Source of the DNA: Terriglobales bacterium
Lineage (GTDB): Bacteria; Acidobacteriota; Terriglobia; Terriglobales; Acidobacteriaceae
Direction: 5' to 3'
Assembly: GCA_050746005.1 (NCBI GenBank)
Contig: JBOGLC010000118.1
Location: 28,465 to 92,464 of the forward strand
DNA: 64,000 nt
Numbering within the stretch: the stretch's first letter is position 1; every line of letters starts with the position of its first letter. Positions 1 through 8,555 of this stretch are shown piece after piece. A model generated the notes under the pieces. That model was not told where the DNA came from. It ran no database searches and saw nothing but the letters and a program-made list of their open reading frames with translations. A program made the translations under genes and the position numbers.

Positions 1-372
1 CTGGTCGAACTGTATGTTCCCGATGCCACGGTGCTGCGGGCGAATGTTCCCGCGGTGCGCGGCGCCGCGGCCATTCGCGAGTTTTTCTTCGGGCTGCTCG
101 ATGCCGGCATGAGTGAAGTAGAACTGGATCCGCTGCGGGCAGAATTATTCGGCGAGTTCGGTTACGAGGCAGGTCGCTTCAAGTCCCTGGTGCCGAGCGC
201 CGTGGGCAAGCGGCGCGAAGAGCGGGGCAAATATCTGATTCTTCTGAATCGCCAGGCCAATGGCGACTGGAGGATTACGGCCGATAGCTGGTCCAGCGAT
301 CTGAGTCTGGGAGCAACCGCCGAATCGCCGGTCAAATCGAGTGTGCCTCCGTCGAGTACGCGCAAGGCTTGA
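1..372 (+). CDS. NTF2-fold SnoaL-like/DUF4440 protein, 5' end outside window
   Basis: Frame 1 is open from nt 1 to the stop at 370-372. The C-terminal 'GKYLILLNRQANGDWRITADSW' resembles the terminal strands of DUF4440/SnoaL-like proteins. Family call by eye. Confidence 0.5.
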   Translation: MVELYVPDATVLRANVPAVRGAAAIREFFFGLLDAGMSEVELDPLRAELFGEFGYEAGRFKSLVPSAVGKRREERGKYLILLNRQANGDWRITADSWSSDLSLGATAESPVKSSVPPSSTRKA

Positions 373-427
373 GGTTCCGATGAACTAAAAGCCGCAGTTG
401 AGAACCGGCCCACTCAACCGGCAAGAA

Positions 428-1090
428 TCAGATTTCCACTTCCAGCTTCCGCAACTCCCGCCGCAGCTGTTCCACATCGTGCATCTCGATGGTATGCATT
501 CCCAATTGCCGGGCGCCCTCGAGGTTGAGGGCGCGATCGTCGATGAAGCAGCAGTCTTGCGGCTCTTGCTGAGTCACCTCGAGGGCCAGCCGGTAAATGC
601 CGCTTTCGGGCTTGCGCAGGCCTACGAAGCAGGAGCTGACAAACACGGAGAAGATCTCGCGCAAGCCAAAAGTCTGAATGCGGTACTGGTTCAACTCTTT
701 CGACTCGTTATTGATGGTCGCCATGAAATATTTGCCCGCTTTTGCCAGTTGTTCGGCTAGAGCCAGCACTTCGCGGTGGGGTTGCGACAGAGAAAATACG
801 TAGTCCTTGAAAACTTCCCGGCCAAAGGGCCGAGGCCGGTAGAAGATGGTCCGATCAAGATATTCGTCAAAGCCGATTTTGCCCCGTTCCAGGGAAGAGA
901 CCAGCATCTCATGGCGATCCAAAAATTCGGATTCGTCTAACTTGAATTGTTTGAGAGCCCGCTCCCGTTGGGAGCGATCCCAGGCGTTGGTGAGCAAGAC
1001 TCCGCCAACGTCCCAAAAAATTGCTCTGATCTGAGGCAAGAGATCCACCTCCAGTGTGGTCGCGAGCAAAACGGCAGAGCCGCAAGACAA
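428..1090 (-). CDS. HAD-superfamily hydrolase (FDxGGVL-type subfamily)
   Basis: N-terminal nucleophile motif 'IFWDVGGVLL' and C-terminal 'CCFIDDRALNLEGARQLGM' (HAD motif IV). The start is uncertain: TTG at 1090, or alternative GTG at 1048. Confidence 0.8.
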   Translation of the reverse strand: MSCGSAVLLATTLEVDLLPQIRAIFWDVGGVLLTNAWDRSQRERALKQFKLDESEFLDRHEMLVSSLERGKIGFDEYLDRTIFYRPRPFGREVFKDYVFSLSQPHREVLALAEQLAKAGKYFMATINNESKELNQYRIQTFGLREIFSVFVSSCFVGLRKPESGIYRLALEVTQQEPQDCCFIDDRALNLEGARQLGMHTIEMHDVEQLRRELRKLEVEI

Positions 1091-1223
1091 CGATGATACA
1101 CGGGAAGACTATGGCGGCGAGCGGGTACGTTCCCATGCCGCTGCCTTTGCGGACAATGATTAAAGGATGGGTGGGGGGCTGCCGATGACTTGATGGAACC
1201 AGCAATGGCGTCAGGAATGCAGA

Positions 1224-1460
1224 ATGAGAGTCGTGGAGATGAGCAAGATCCTGCTTCTGATAGTTTCAGTGTCCTTGACCGGATGTCTGCACGAGCGGTC
1301 TGCGGGGTTCGTCGTACCAGCCCATTATGTCAGGGTCAACGTGCAGAGTTTTACCCGGCCCTGCGTGCAGCTTGTGGACGGCAAGATCGTGTGCGACGGG
1401 GTGGTGATCACGGCCAGTTGCCTGCAGGCGCCGCCGATTGCGGCGCCTGCACTTCCGTGA
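1224..1460 (+). CDS. small putative lipoprotein (hypothetical)
   Basis: 'MSKILLLIVSVSLTGC' is a signal peptide with an L-T-G-C lipobox, followed by 4 further Cys. The overlapping 1190-1510 frame is Arg-rich, as expected for an off-frame ORF. Start is 1224 or 1239. Confidence 0.35.
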   Translation: MRVVEMSKILLLIVSVSLTGCLHERSAGFVVPAHYVRVNVQSFTRPCVQLVDGKIVCDGVVITASCLQAPPIAAPALP

Positions 1461-1559
1461 AGGAAGGCTCACCCCGGAGACGCAAACAACCGGGTTTGAG
1501 CGGCAGCTGAATGCCTCAGGTGCAGGGGGAGCGAAAAGCTAATCGCTCCGGGTAAGATT

Positions 1560-3155
1560 CTAATAACTCAGTTCCCGCATGCTGATGGCGTAAAAAGAGT
1601 TGCCATTCGATGGGGGCGCACCCAAGGAAGCATCCCAATAAAAGTTCGTTCCACCCTGATCGTCAATCGTCTTGCCAATCGCCTGGCCGTAAAAGTTCGC
1701 ACCGCCGCGAAGAGTAATCGCGGAGTTGGGGGCATTGATCACCGCATATGCGCTGGTGCCACCGGTGATCGTCATGCTGCCGGTGCCGCCGTAGTTGATG
1801 ACAAGATTAGAGGGAACATAGGTACTGTTGCCAAAACCACCACCCGTCATATCCAGCACACTCGACATGTTAGGCTGCCCGGCAAGATTGATGACTACGG
1901 GGCCGGTGATCTCCATGTCGGCATTGCCGTTGAGGGTCAGGCTGTTAAAGGTGTAAACGGCGGGATTGCCGGCGGTTCCGCCCTGTAAGGTAACGGTGCC
2001 TTTCATGGTCACGTTGCCATAGGACCCTGGGGTGAGCGTCACGCCTTTATAAGTCGTGCTGGTTTGCGGGGGCAGCGGATTGGGTATTGGCGGAATGGGA
2101 GGAGTGTAAAGGCTGGGAAGACCGACCACGCTGCCGTAAGTCGGATTGCCGCTTTTCGAAACGCCACTCGCGGGACAAGAACCCACCGTGGGCGGCAGAA
2201 AAGTCGAAATGCTGCCGTTTACGCTGGTGCTGCTGCCGCCGAGGCTGACATTACCATTCGATCCCACGTTCCCACCGGAGTTTGCTTTATTGTTGGGTGG
2301 ATTGGTCGGAGTGCCTTCGGTAGCGGAATTGAAGCTGCCGGTGCTGGCGTTGCCCGCAAGGTTCAGGGCGCTGCATCCGGTTCCGGTCGCAAACAAACCC
2401 CCGGGATTCCCACCCGTCGGAGTCTGAGCCATCTCTTCCTGAACCATGCGGCGCGCGCCGCTTGAGGTAACGGCAAGCGCCGTGATCAGATACACGGGGT
2501 TGGCGATGGGCGTCAGAGCGTTGCACGCGGCAGTAGCGGTAGACGCAGCCGTCACTTCCGAGGTGCCGTTCCAGCAGACCACATTGGCGTTGGCTGAGGA
2601 GCCATTTACAGGAACCGCGGTGTTGCTGTTGTTTGCCTTCAAAGTCACCCGCACCCACTTGTAGTCCATGGCCACCGGCGCGACGCTGGCGGGCTGGGTA
2701 CTCGGGTACCAACTGCTTCCGCTGGGCAACGAACCGCAGCGAATATTCGCCGATGTGCTTTGGGTCATGGAGCCAATAGTGAGGTCATGACAGAGTTCGG
2801 CATCGAAATAAGGGTTGGACGCGGCCGCGTTGGTCACATTCGCCATGGTCACGCCGGAGGATAAAACATACAACGCCGCCGGATTGCCCGGAGGAAGCGC
2901 CAGAGTCGCAATCTGGGGAGCGATGGAGTAGGGAGCCGCGTAGACTGAGGTGGGAAGCATGCGGTCACGCACCTCCTCGACCCCGGCTCGAGCCGCGAAG
3001 TAAGCGGTCTCCTCGGATTTGAAATTGCTGCTGATCGCGGTTTCCGTGGAGGAGAGGTACATCATGCCGGCGGCCACTGCGGTGAGCAGCAGCAGAGCGA
3101 GGATAGCGACAAACAGTGCAACTCCACGTTCGTCCCGATGACTCGTTTTTGGCAT
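1560..3155 (-). CDS. PilX-like pilus assembly protein with large G/N/S/T-rich C-terminal domain
   Basis: PilX_N-type N-terminus 'ERGVALFVAILALLLLTAVAAGMMYLSSTETAISSN'. It is the last gene of the minor-pilin operon. GAGGAGA RBS upstream of the ATG at 3155. Confidence 0.75.
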   Translation of the reverse strand: MPKTSHRDERGVALFVAILALLLLTAVAAGMMYLSSTETAISSNFKSEETAYFAARAGVEEVRDRMLPTSVYAAPYSIAPQIATLALPPGNPAALYVLSSGVTMANVTNAAASNPYFDAELCHDLTIGSMTQSTSANIRCGSLPSGSSWYPSTQPASVAPVAMDYKWVRVTLKANNSNTAVPVNGSSANANVVCWNGTSEVTAASTATAACNALTPIANPVYLITALAVTSSGARRMVQEEMAQTPTGGNPGGLFATGTGCSALNLAGNASTGSFNSATEGTPTNPPNNKANSGGNVGSNGNVSLGGSSTSVNGSISTFLPPTVGSCPASGVSKSGNPTYGSVVGLPSLYTPPIPPIPNPLPPQTSTTYKGVTLTPGSYGNVTMKGTVTLQGGTAGNPAVYTFNSLTLNGNADMEITGPVVINLAGQPNMSSVLDMTGGGFGNSTYVPSNLVINYGGTGSMTITGGTSAYAVINAPNSAITLRGGANFYGQAIGKTIDDQGGTNFYWDASLGAPPSNGNSFYAISMRELSY

Positions 3156-3165
3156 ATGCTTCTCC

Positions 3166-3930
3166 TCAGATAACAGGGTTGTTGTTGTTCATCCTGGCTT
3201 TCGAAGTGATCGAAAAAATCTTGTACGTCTTGGTGGCAGCGTCTCCGTAGTCGGGCGCGATGTTGGCGGTGATCTGCAGGCTGTGGATGCTGGAGCAGGC
3301 CGCGATCGTGGTGCAAGTTCCCACCGCACCTCCGGCTACATCGTAGGCGTCGAAAACGTCGGCGGTACCGTAGGAGGCGTAGTTTCCGGGGCCGGGAAGA
3401 GAGATCGGATAAGTTGCCGCACCCGCTCCATTGCCACTATTCAGGACGCCGTTGACTTCGGTGAAATAAGTAGGAAGTGTGCCGGCCAGCGCATCCGATT
3501 TCCTGATGGCCCCGCGCTGCAGGGTACAGGGGCACTTCCCACCCGCAGGCACCTGCAGTTGCACATAGACCCGGTAAACCGTGCCGCTGCCATCCAGATC
3601 GCCTTCATAAATAATTTGAATAGGGCTGTAAGAGATTACACCGCACGCGACCGTGGCCACGCCGGTGCAAGCGGGTGCGCCGTTGAATACCTGGGGTGGT
3701 GGATAGCCCACGTTATGGACGTCCCGCACCATCTGGTCGATGAAGTCGCGGGTCTGCTGGGATACGTCGACTGTCGAAGTTTCGGTGCTGCTGCGCTGCT
3801 GCATTTGAATGATGCCGCGCATGACCACCGCCATGACGGCAGACACCATGGCTACCGCTATCAGCATTTCGATCAGCGAGAAGCCGAGTGAGCTTTTATT
3901 TGAGCGGGTGGGCGAACCGGAGTTTCGCAT
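3166..3930 (-). CDS. PilW-like type IV minor pilin (prepilin N-terminal methylation domain)
   Basis: 'LGFSLIEMLIAVAMVSAVMAVV' is a class III leader with Glu at +5. I trimmed the track ORF (to 4101) to the ATG at 3930, which lies 2 nt after the stop of the upstream gene. Confidence 0.75.
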   Translation of the reverse strand: MRNSGSPTRSNKSSLGFSLIEMLIAVAMVSAVMAVVMRGIIQMQQRSSTETSTVDVSQQTRDFIDQMVRDVHNVGYPPPQVFNGAPACTGVATVACGVISYSPIQIIYEGDLDGSGTVYRVYVQLQVPAGGKCPCTLQRGAIRKSDALAGTLPTYFTEVNGVLNSGNGAGAATYPISLPGPGNYASYGTADVFDAYDVAGGAVGTCTTIAACSSIHSLQITANIAPDYGDAATKTYKIFSITSKARMNNNNPVI

Positions 3931-3932
3931 GC

Positions 3933-4517
3933 TCAGAGTCCTCCAATGGTCCGCAGATTCGCCGGCATTACAAATCTGAGTCCGCCGTTTACCGGGGCTC
4001 CGGACGGACGCGCTGAAATGACCGCCACGCGGGTGTAAGCGCTCATGGAGATCAGGTCCCAGCGTATGTCGTACACGGTCTGCCGCCCGGCAATTCCGCA
4101 ATCCACGTAACGCATGGCGTAGCCTGCCGGGATGCTGGCGTAAGTCTGGGTCCAGTCAATGACGCCGCTCGAAATCAGACGGGCGCCGTCGCCGCCATAG
4201 GAACCGCCACTTCCGGCTCCGGTGGCATGTCCCTGAGTATTGATGGTCCAGGCTGTGCCCGCGCAATCCGTCAGAGTAAGAGGAGTGACTGAATTCGCCG
4301 GCTGAGCGCTGATCTGCTCCAGTACGTGCTCGGCGACCATGGTGGACGATGTGTCCTGGTTCGACCGGCGGTTGGTGTAAAGCGACGCCATGAGGAGGCT
4401 GGAAAGTCCCCCCAGACCGATGGCGAGGACGATCATCGCGATCAGGCTTTCGAGCAGGAAAGATCCCCGCTGACGGCGGCGCGAAGCAGACCCCGAAGTT
4501 GGTTTAAGAATTCTCAT
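3933..4517 (-). CDS. PilV-like type IV minor pilin
   Basis: 'RGSFLLESLIAMIVLAIGLGGLSSLL' is a prepilin-type leader plus hydrophobic helix. Operon position lies between the FimT-like and PilW-like genes. Confidence 0.7.
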   Translation of the reverse strand: MRILKPTSGSASRRRQRGSFLLESLIAMIVLAIGLGGLSSLLMASLYTNRRSNQDTSSTMVAEHVLEQISAQPANSVTPLTLTDCAGTAWTINTQGHATGAGSGGSYGGDGARLISSGVIDWTQTYASIPAGYAMRYVDCGIAGRQTVYDIRWDLISMSAYTRVAVISARPSGAPVNGGLRFVMPANLRTIGGL

Positions 4518-4521
4518 AGGG

Positions 4522-5166
4522 CTAGTTGAGTTGCGACCAAGTGGCGCCGTTATAAGCCCACTCCTTGATTCTTGAGGCGGGATTTACCGTGATCGCCTGC
4601 CACTTCCCGCCGCGTGTGTTCTGGACAAAGGTGACGTACGAGACCGGCAGGCCGTTGGCATCGAGATAGGGACAGGCTCCCCCTGAGACTTTGCAGGGCA
4701 GGCCGCGCGTTCCGAAAATCGGAATCGAGGTGTTCGCCACCGTGTTCACCGCCGTGGAGGGCAGGAATTGCCCCGCCAGGTTGGCCTCTGAAGGTCCAGA
4801 AGCGAATGTCTGCGGACTCACTCCAGCAGCGAATACCATTTCGGGTTCGCCGGTGTCGTAGGTGCCGTTACTATTGAGGTCTATAAAAGCCCTGGCGCGA
4901 GAGGTACCGGTGCAGGGCGCCGCCGAGCCGACCGTGCTGCAATCCACGCGCACGGTGTAAAAAGCGTTGTCCCGAACTGCGCGCACGCGCGCATTCTGCA
5001 AAAGGTTCGCGTAGTTCGTGCTTGAGCTACTCAAACGAATCTCGTTGGTTGCGTTCGAAGCCAATAGAATGCTGGTACCGGCGAGAATCAATCCCACCGC
5101 CAGTGTGATCAATAGCTCAGGTAAAGAAAAGCCGCGTTCAGCTTTGAATCCAGAGATGGTTCTCAT
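4522..5166 (-). CDS. GspH/FimT-family pseudopilin
   Basis: 'ERGFSLPELLITLAVGLILAGTSILL' is a prepilin leader. Trimmed to the ATG at 5166; the upstream extension of the track ORF has no pilin-like sequence. Confidence 0.7.
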   Translation of the reverse strand: MRTISGFKAERGFSLPELLITLAVGLILAGTSILLASNATNEIRLSSSSTNYANLLQNARVRAVRDNAFYTVRVDCSTVGSAAPCTGTSRARAFIDLNSNGTYDTGEPEMVFAAGVSPQTFASGPSEANLAGQFLPSTAVNTVANTSIPIFGTRGLPCKVSGGACPYLDANGLPVSYVTFVQNTRGGKWQAITVNPASRIKEWAYNGATWSQLN

Positions 5167-5343
5167 TCGGAGTCCTGTCAACAACCTGTAACGATAGTGG
5201 GTAAACAAGCGCCAAGCTACTAACCAAGGTACTGTCGGCAACCTGACCAAGGTAACCAGTAAACTCCCCTGCCCTCAAGGAGTTGGGGCATCAGAAGCAA
5301 AAGCTGAGTAGCGGTTGAGACGTTCATCGCGAGTGATAGAAAC

Positions 5344-5772
5344 TTAACGAGCGGAGGCTGCTCGAGCCTTGGCTGCCGTCTTACCGTTGGCTCCACGGGT
5401 ACTGGGCGCATAGGCGCAGGTGCGAAAATCATAGTGCCGCCCCAGGCAGTTGCTGCAAAGGTGAACCTGATGAACCTTGCAATGAATCACCGGCAGGTCT
5501 CCGAGGCACACATCACAGCCGCCACGAACGCGTCGCGCGGAGTTTTTCGATTCAGCGGGCACTCGCACCGATTTACCGGGAAGATGGAGAGCGCGAGCCT
5601 TAAGGTAAATGCCCGAGGCTGCAATCAGGGAGCCCAGCGACATTCCGAAGGCACCCAGAACCATGAGGCTGGGGTCGGGATGCTGTCCAAGAGCCGCGGG
5701 CAGCATGAGAATTCCGACGACCCCGCCGACTGCGCCCAAAGCGATCATCCAGTTACCGGGTTGTGACGACAT
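5344..5772 (-). CDS. two-TM membrane protein with C-terminal B-box-like zinc finger
   Basis: Two hydrophobic helices ('WMIALGAVGGVVGILMLPAAL', 'LMVLGAFGMSLGSLIAASGIYL') are followed by a C-x2-C-x8-C-x2-H-x4-C-x2-C-x3-H-x5-C pattern. Start trimmed to ATG 5772. Confidence 0.55.
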   Translation of the reverse strand: MSSQPGNWMIALGAVGGVVGILMLPAALGQHPDPSLMVLGAFGMSLGSLIAASGIYLKARALHLPGKSVRVPAESKNSARRVRGGCDVCLGDLPVIHCKVHQVHLCSNCLGRHYDFRTCAYAPSTRGANGKTAAKARAASAR

Positions 5773-5955
5773 GCGGGACCCTTCTGGCAGAGGTGAGAAG
5801 CGCTTACCGAAACAGATCGGCACCAGCAATTCCGAACATAACGATTTCTTTGGTGTAACTCCAGATGACGAAAGTCACCACCCGCCCTAAATTCACTCTC
5901 GAATGACCGAGGTAACTTGTCTCGGCTTACCGCGTAAATCTAACATCTTCGAAGT

Positions 5956-7053
5956 ATGGCGCTTACGTCCCTGGTGGTGTGTGCTGATTCGAAAGCGGTG
6001 CAGGTGCTCAGCCAGATTTTGCGCGAGCTGAACATCGAGGCGGAGCATTGCGGAGATTTGGGCAGGGCCGCCACCCGGCTGGCCACCCAGCATTTCGACG
6101 CCGTTGTGATCGATTGCCAGGACCAGATGTCAGCGATCGAACTGATCGCCGGCGCGCGCAAGTCGCCGATTAACCGGGGCACACTCATCATTGGCCTGGT
6201 GGACGGACGGGAGCAGGTTCGGGACATCTTCGGTCAAGGCGCAAATTTTATTGTGTATAAGCCGGTGTCGGTGGAGCGGGCAGCGAGTAGTCTGCGGGCG
6301 GCACGAGGTCTGATGGCGCGCGAAAAACGCGGCAAATTGAGGATCGCTCTCCATGCTCCGGCCTCGATTACGTATGCCAATGCGGAAAATGTGGCCGCCA
6401 CTCTGCTCGACCTGAGCGAGGATGGATTGGCCATCCAGGCCGAACGCCGATTGCCTCCGCGTTGCAAGGTTTATTTTCAGTTCAATTTGCCGGGGGAAAA
6501 ATCCTCAGTCCGGCTTTCGGGCGACGTGGTGTGGCAGGACTCTTCGGGCCGGGTGGGAATCCGCTTCGTGGATGTGCCCCAGACCTCGCGACGCACCATG
6601 AACGAGTGGATCAAGAGCAGCCTGGCCCGATTGGCAAAAGCGGAACAGAATGCGCCCAGGAAAGAACCGGCACCTGTGCCGGAAGGTGGAGTCACCCGGT
6701 TTGCCGGCCTCGGTCTTTCGGCCGCATCTTCCAATCGCCGCATCCAGGGCCGTCGCGCCTGCCATCTGAGCGCTGACGTGTTCCGAGTAGGCGAGGGCAT
6801 TCCCAATCGATGCACGCTGAGCGATGTAAGCACCGGTGGCTGTTATGTGGAGACTCCTTCTCCCTTTCCTTCGCACACGGCGTTGGAAATTGTGGTGCGC
6901 ACTCATGCCATGAAGCTGCGGGTTCGAGGAACCGTACAAGTGGTGCATCCCGGATTCGGGATGGGAGTGCAGTTCAGTCTCAACACGGCCGATGAGCGGG
7001 AGCATGTGAAGCAGTTGATTGCCGCTCAGGCTGCGGAAGATAGTCTGGCCTGA
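5956..7053 (+). CDS. receiver-like domain protein with two PilZ (c-di-GMP binding) domains
   Basis: CheY-like N-terminus ('AVVIDCQD', 'FIVYKP'). PilZ 1 has 'RGKLR' plus 'DLSEDG'. PilZ 2 has 'RIQGR' plus 'DVSTGG'. These match the RxxxR and D/NxSxxG motifs. Confidence 0.8.
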   Translation: MALTSLVVCADSKAVQVLSQILRELNIEAEHCGDLGRAATRLATQHFDAVVIDCQDQMSAIELIAGARKSPINRGTLIIGLVDGREQVRDIFGQGANFIVYKPVSVERAASSLRAARGLMAREKRGKLRIALHAPASITYANAENVAATLLDLSEDGLAIQAERRLPPRCKVYFQFNLPGEKSSVRLSGDVVWQDSSGRVGIRFVDVPQTSRRTMNEWIKSSLARLAKAEQNAPRKEPAPVPEGGVTRFAGLGLSAASSNRRIQGRRACHLSADVFRVGEGIPNRCTLSDVSTGGCYVETPSPFPSHTALEIVVRTHAMKLRVRGTVQVVHPGFGMGVQFSLNTADEREHVKQLIAAQAAEDSLA

Positions 7054-7095
7054 AAGTTCTACAATTCCCCCTCTCTTTATTTTTTCCTGAATCAT

Positions 7096-7158
7096 GTCTT
7101 CCTGAGCGGAGTGGTCGCTTCGCGAAGCGAAGTGGCCACGCAGTCGAAGGACCCCTAT
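7096..7158 (+). repeat. REP-like palindromic element, family A (GTCWTCCTGAGCG...stem-loop...GTCGAAGGACCCCTAT)
   Basis: The conserved ends GTCTTCCTGAGCG and GTCGAAGGACCCCTAT flank the internal palindrome CGCTTCGCGAAGCG. The same architecture recurs at 7227, 7399, 17459, 17611 and 17758. Confidence 0.85.
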
Positions 7159-7226
7159 CACATTTCCGAGAGTTTCCCTTTGAAGTCTGGGGAATAACCC
7201 ACGCGCGCAAGCTGCAGATGAGGGGG

Positions 7227-7288
7227 TAGGGGTCCTTCGACTCCATCTTTCCATTCGCTCGCGAATGGAAAGATTGCGCTCAGGATGA
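7227..7288 (-). repeat. REP-like element, family A, inverted orientation
   Basis: TAGGGGTCCTTCGAC...GCGCTCAGGATGA with the internal palindrome TCTTTCCATTCGC/GCGAATGGAAAGA. Confidence 0.85.
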
Positions 7289-7302
7289 GAGGGGTTTGAG
7301 AG

Positions 7303-7392
7303 GTGCGCGGCACGGCAAAAATCAGGCGCAACGATCCCTGCCGTTGCGGCTCCGGGAAGAAATACAAGAAGTGCTGCGGCGCCCAAGGATAA
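7303..7392 (+). pseudogene. 29-codon SEC-C-motif mini-ORF, probable gene remnant between REP elements
   Basis: Translates to [29 protein letters not shown], a textbook SEC-C metal-binding tail. An in-frame stop lies at 7297, only a GTG start is available and there is no spaced RBS. Confidence 0.35.
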
Positions 7393-7398
7393 ATTCTT

Positions 7399-7450
7399 GT
7401 CTTCCTGAGCGGAGTGAGATGTTTCGCTCGTGAAGTCGACGGACCCCTAT
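7399..7450 (+). repeat. REP-like element, family A
   Basis: GTCTTCCTGAGCGGAGTG...GTCGACGGACCCCTAT. Confidence 0.8.
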
Positions 7451-7503
7451 AAGCGAATAAGTTCGGGACCAGCGTAAGCTCTCCCGAACTGCTTTGACCA
7501 CGC

Positions 7504-7602
7504 CAATGTAGGCGCGAGGGCGCTCGCTCGTGCGTCCGATTCCGAGTGCGAGGGAGTGATGGCGCTGACCTTTGCACGAGCGGGGCGCTCGCGCCTACAT
7601 TG
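7504..7602. repeat. Family B repeat pair forming a long imperfect hairpin (CAATGTAGGCGCGAG..GCTCGTGC / GCACGAGC..CTCGCGCCTACATTG)
   Basis: Arms of about 29-30 nt at 7504-7533 and 7574-7602, directly 3' of the UDP-xylose synthase stop (7614, minus strand). Single arms recur at 44934 and 50491. Confidence 0.75.
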
Positions 7603-7613
7603 CTTGAACGCGG

Positions 7614-8555
7614 TCAGCCAGCGGCCTTGCGGAAATAATCGAGCGACAAACGCAAGCCGGTTTCAAGATCGATCTTCGGTTCCCAGCCCAGCAGGGTCCT
7701 GGCCCTGGTGATATCGGGGCAGCGTTGCTTGGGATCGTCCTGGGGCAAGGGTTCGTAGCGGATCTTGCTCTTCGATCCGGTCACCGCCAGAACCCGCTGC
7801 GCACATTCCAGGATGGTGAACTCGGTAGGATTGCCGATGTTCACCGGTAAATGCTCGGCCGATCTGGAGAGCCGCAGGAAACCATCAATCTCATCGCTGA
7901 CGTAGCAGAAGCTACGGGTCTGGCTGCCATCGCCGTAAACCGTGAGGTCCTCGCCACGCAGCGCCTGCTTCATGAAGTTGGGGACCACGCGGCCGTCATT
8001 CAGTTGCATGCGCGGTCCGTAGGTATTGAAAATCCGGACGATGCGCGTGTCCACCCGATGGTAGCGGTGATAGGCCATGGTGACAGCTTCGGTGAACCTT
8101 TTGGCTTCGTCGTATACCGAGCGCGGACCGATGGAATTTACGTTGCCCCAGTAGGTTTCCGTCTGAGGATGCTCCAGAGGATCGCCATAACATTCCGATG
8201 TCGACGAGACCAGATATTTGGCTCCGTACTTGCGGGCGACATCGAGCGCGTGAAATGTTCCGAGCGATCCCACCTTGAGCGTGGCGATGCCATGGACGGC
8301 ATAATCCACGGGGCTGGCCGGACTTGCGAAGTGGAAGACAAAATCCACCGCGCCGCAATCAAACGGCTCGATGATATCGATCTGCTGAAATTCGAAGCGG
8401 GTTTCGTGGCGCAGGTGTTCGAGATTGGACAGTTTTCCCGTAAGCAGATTGTCTGCGACCACGACCGAGTAGCCTTCGGCCAGCAGGGCATCGCACAAGT
8501 GCGAGCCCAGAAAGCCGGCTCCGCCAGTGATCAGGGCGCGTTGCCGGTTCGTCAT
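7614..8555 (-). CDS. UDP-glucuronate decarboxylase (UDP-xylose synthase), SDR family
   Basis: '[14 protein letters not shown]' Rossmann motif and 'YDEAKRF' (YxxxK). Strong overall resemblance to the UXS family. 4-nt overlap with ugd. Confidence 0.85.
   Translation of the reverse strand: MTNRQRALITGGAGFLGSHLCDALLAEGYSVVVADNLLTGKLSNLEHLRHETRFEFQQIDIIEPFDCGAVDFVFHFASPASPVDYAVHGIATLKVGSLGTFHALDVARKYGAKYLVSSTSECYGDPLEHPQTETYWGNVNSIGPRSVYDEAKRFTEAVTMAYHRYHRVDTRIVRIFNTYGPRMQLNDGRVVPNFMKQALRGEDLTVYGDGSQTRSFCYVSDEIDGFLRLSRSAEHLPVNIGNPTEFTILECAQRVLAVTGSKSKIRYEPLPQDDPKQRCPDITRARTLLGWEPKIDLETGLRLSLDYFRKAAG

Noticed and set aside
3931-4101. N-terminal extensions of track ORFs. These are: pilW-like to 4101, fimT-like to 5250, proC to 17400, lhgO to 19116, cytochrome c to 36503, RidA to 36996, RraA-like from 36764, PLP enzyme from 41105, rpsA to 47667, rbsK to 54744 and nucleoside hydrolase b to 62631.
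   Set aside because: The extensions overlap the upstream gene or REP elements and precede an internal start that immediately yields the expected leader, signal or N-terminal motif, so I trimmed them to those starts.
6505-7386. 293-aa ORF on the minus strand opposite the REC-PilZ-PilZ gene. Similar long antisense ORFs are at 7851-8630, 11815-12543, 12512-13450, 14866-15771, 19749-20756 and 55989-57014.
   Set aside because: They lie antisense to, or out of frame with, genes that have clear family motifs. Their composition is Arg/Gly/Pro/Ala-rich, as expected for shadow frames in high-GC DNA, and they carry no recognisable motifs.
7158-7577. 139-aa minus-strand ORF in the PilZ/UXS intergenic region.
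   Set aside because: It is composed almost entirely of family A and B repeat sequence read through, so it is not a credible gene.
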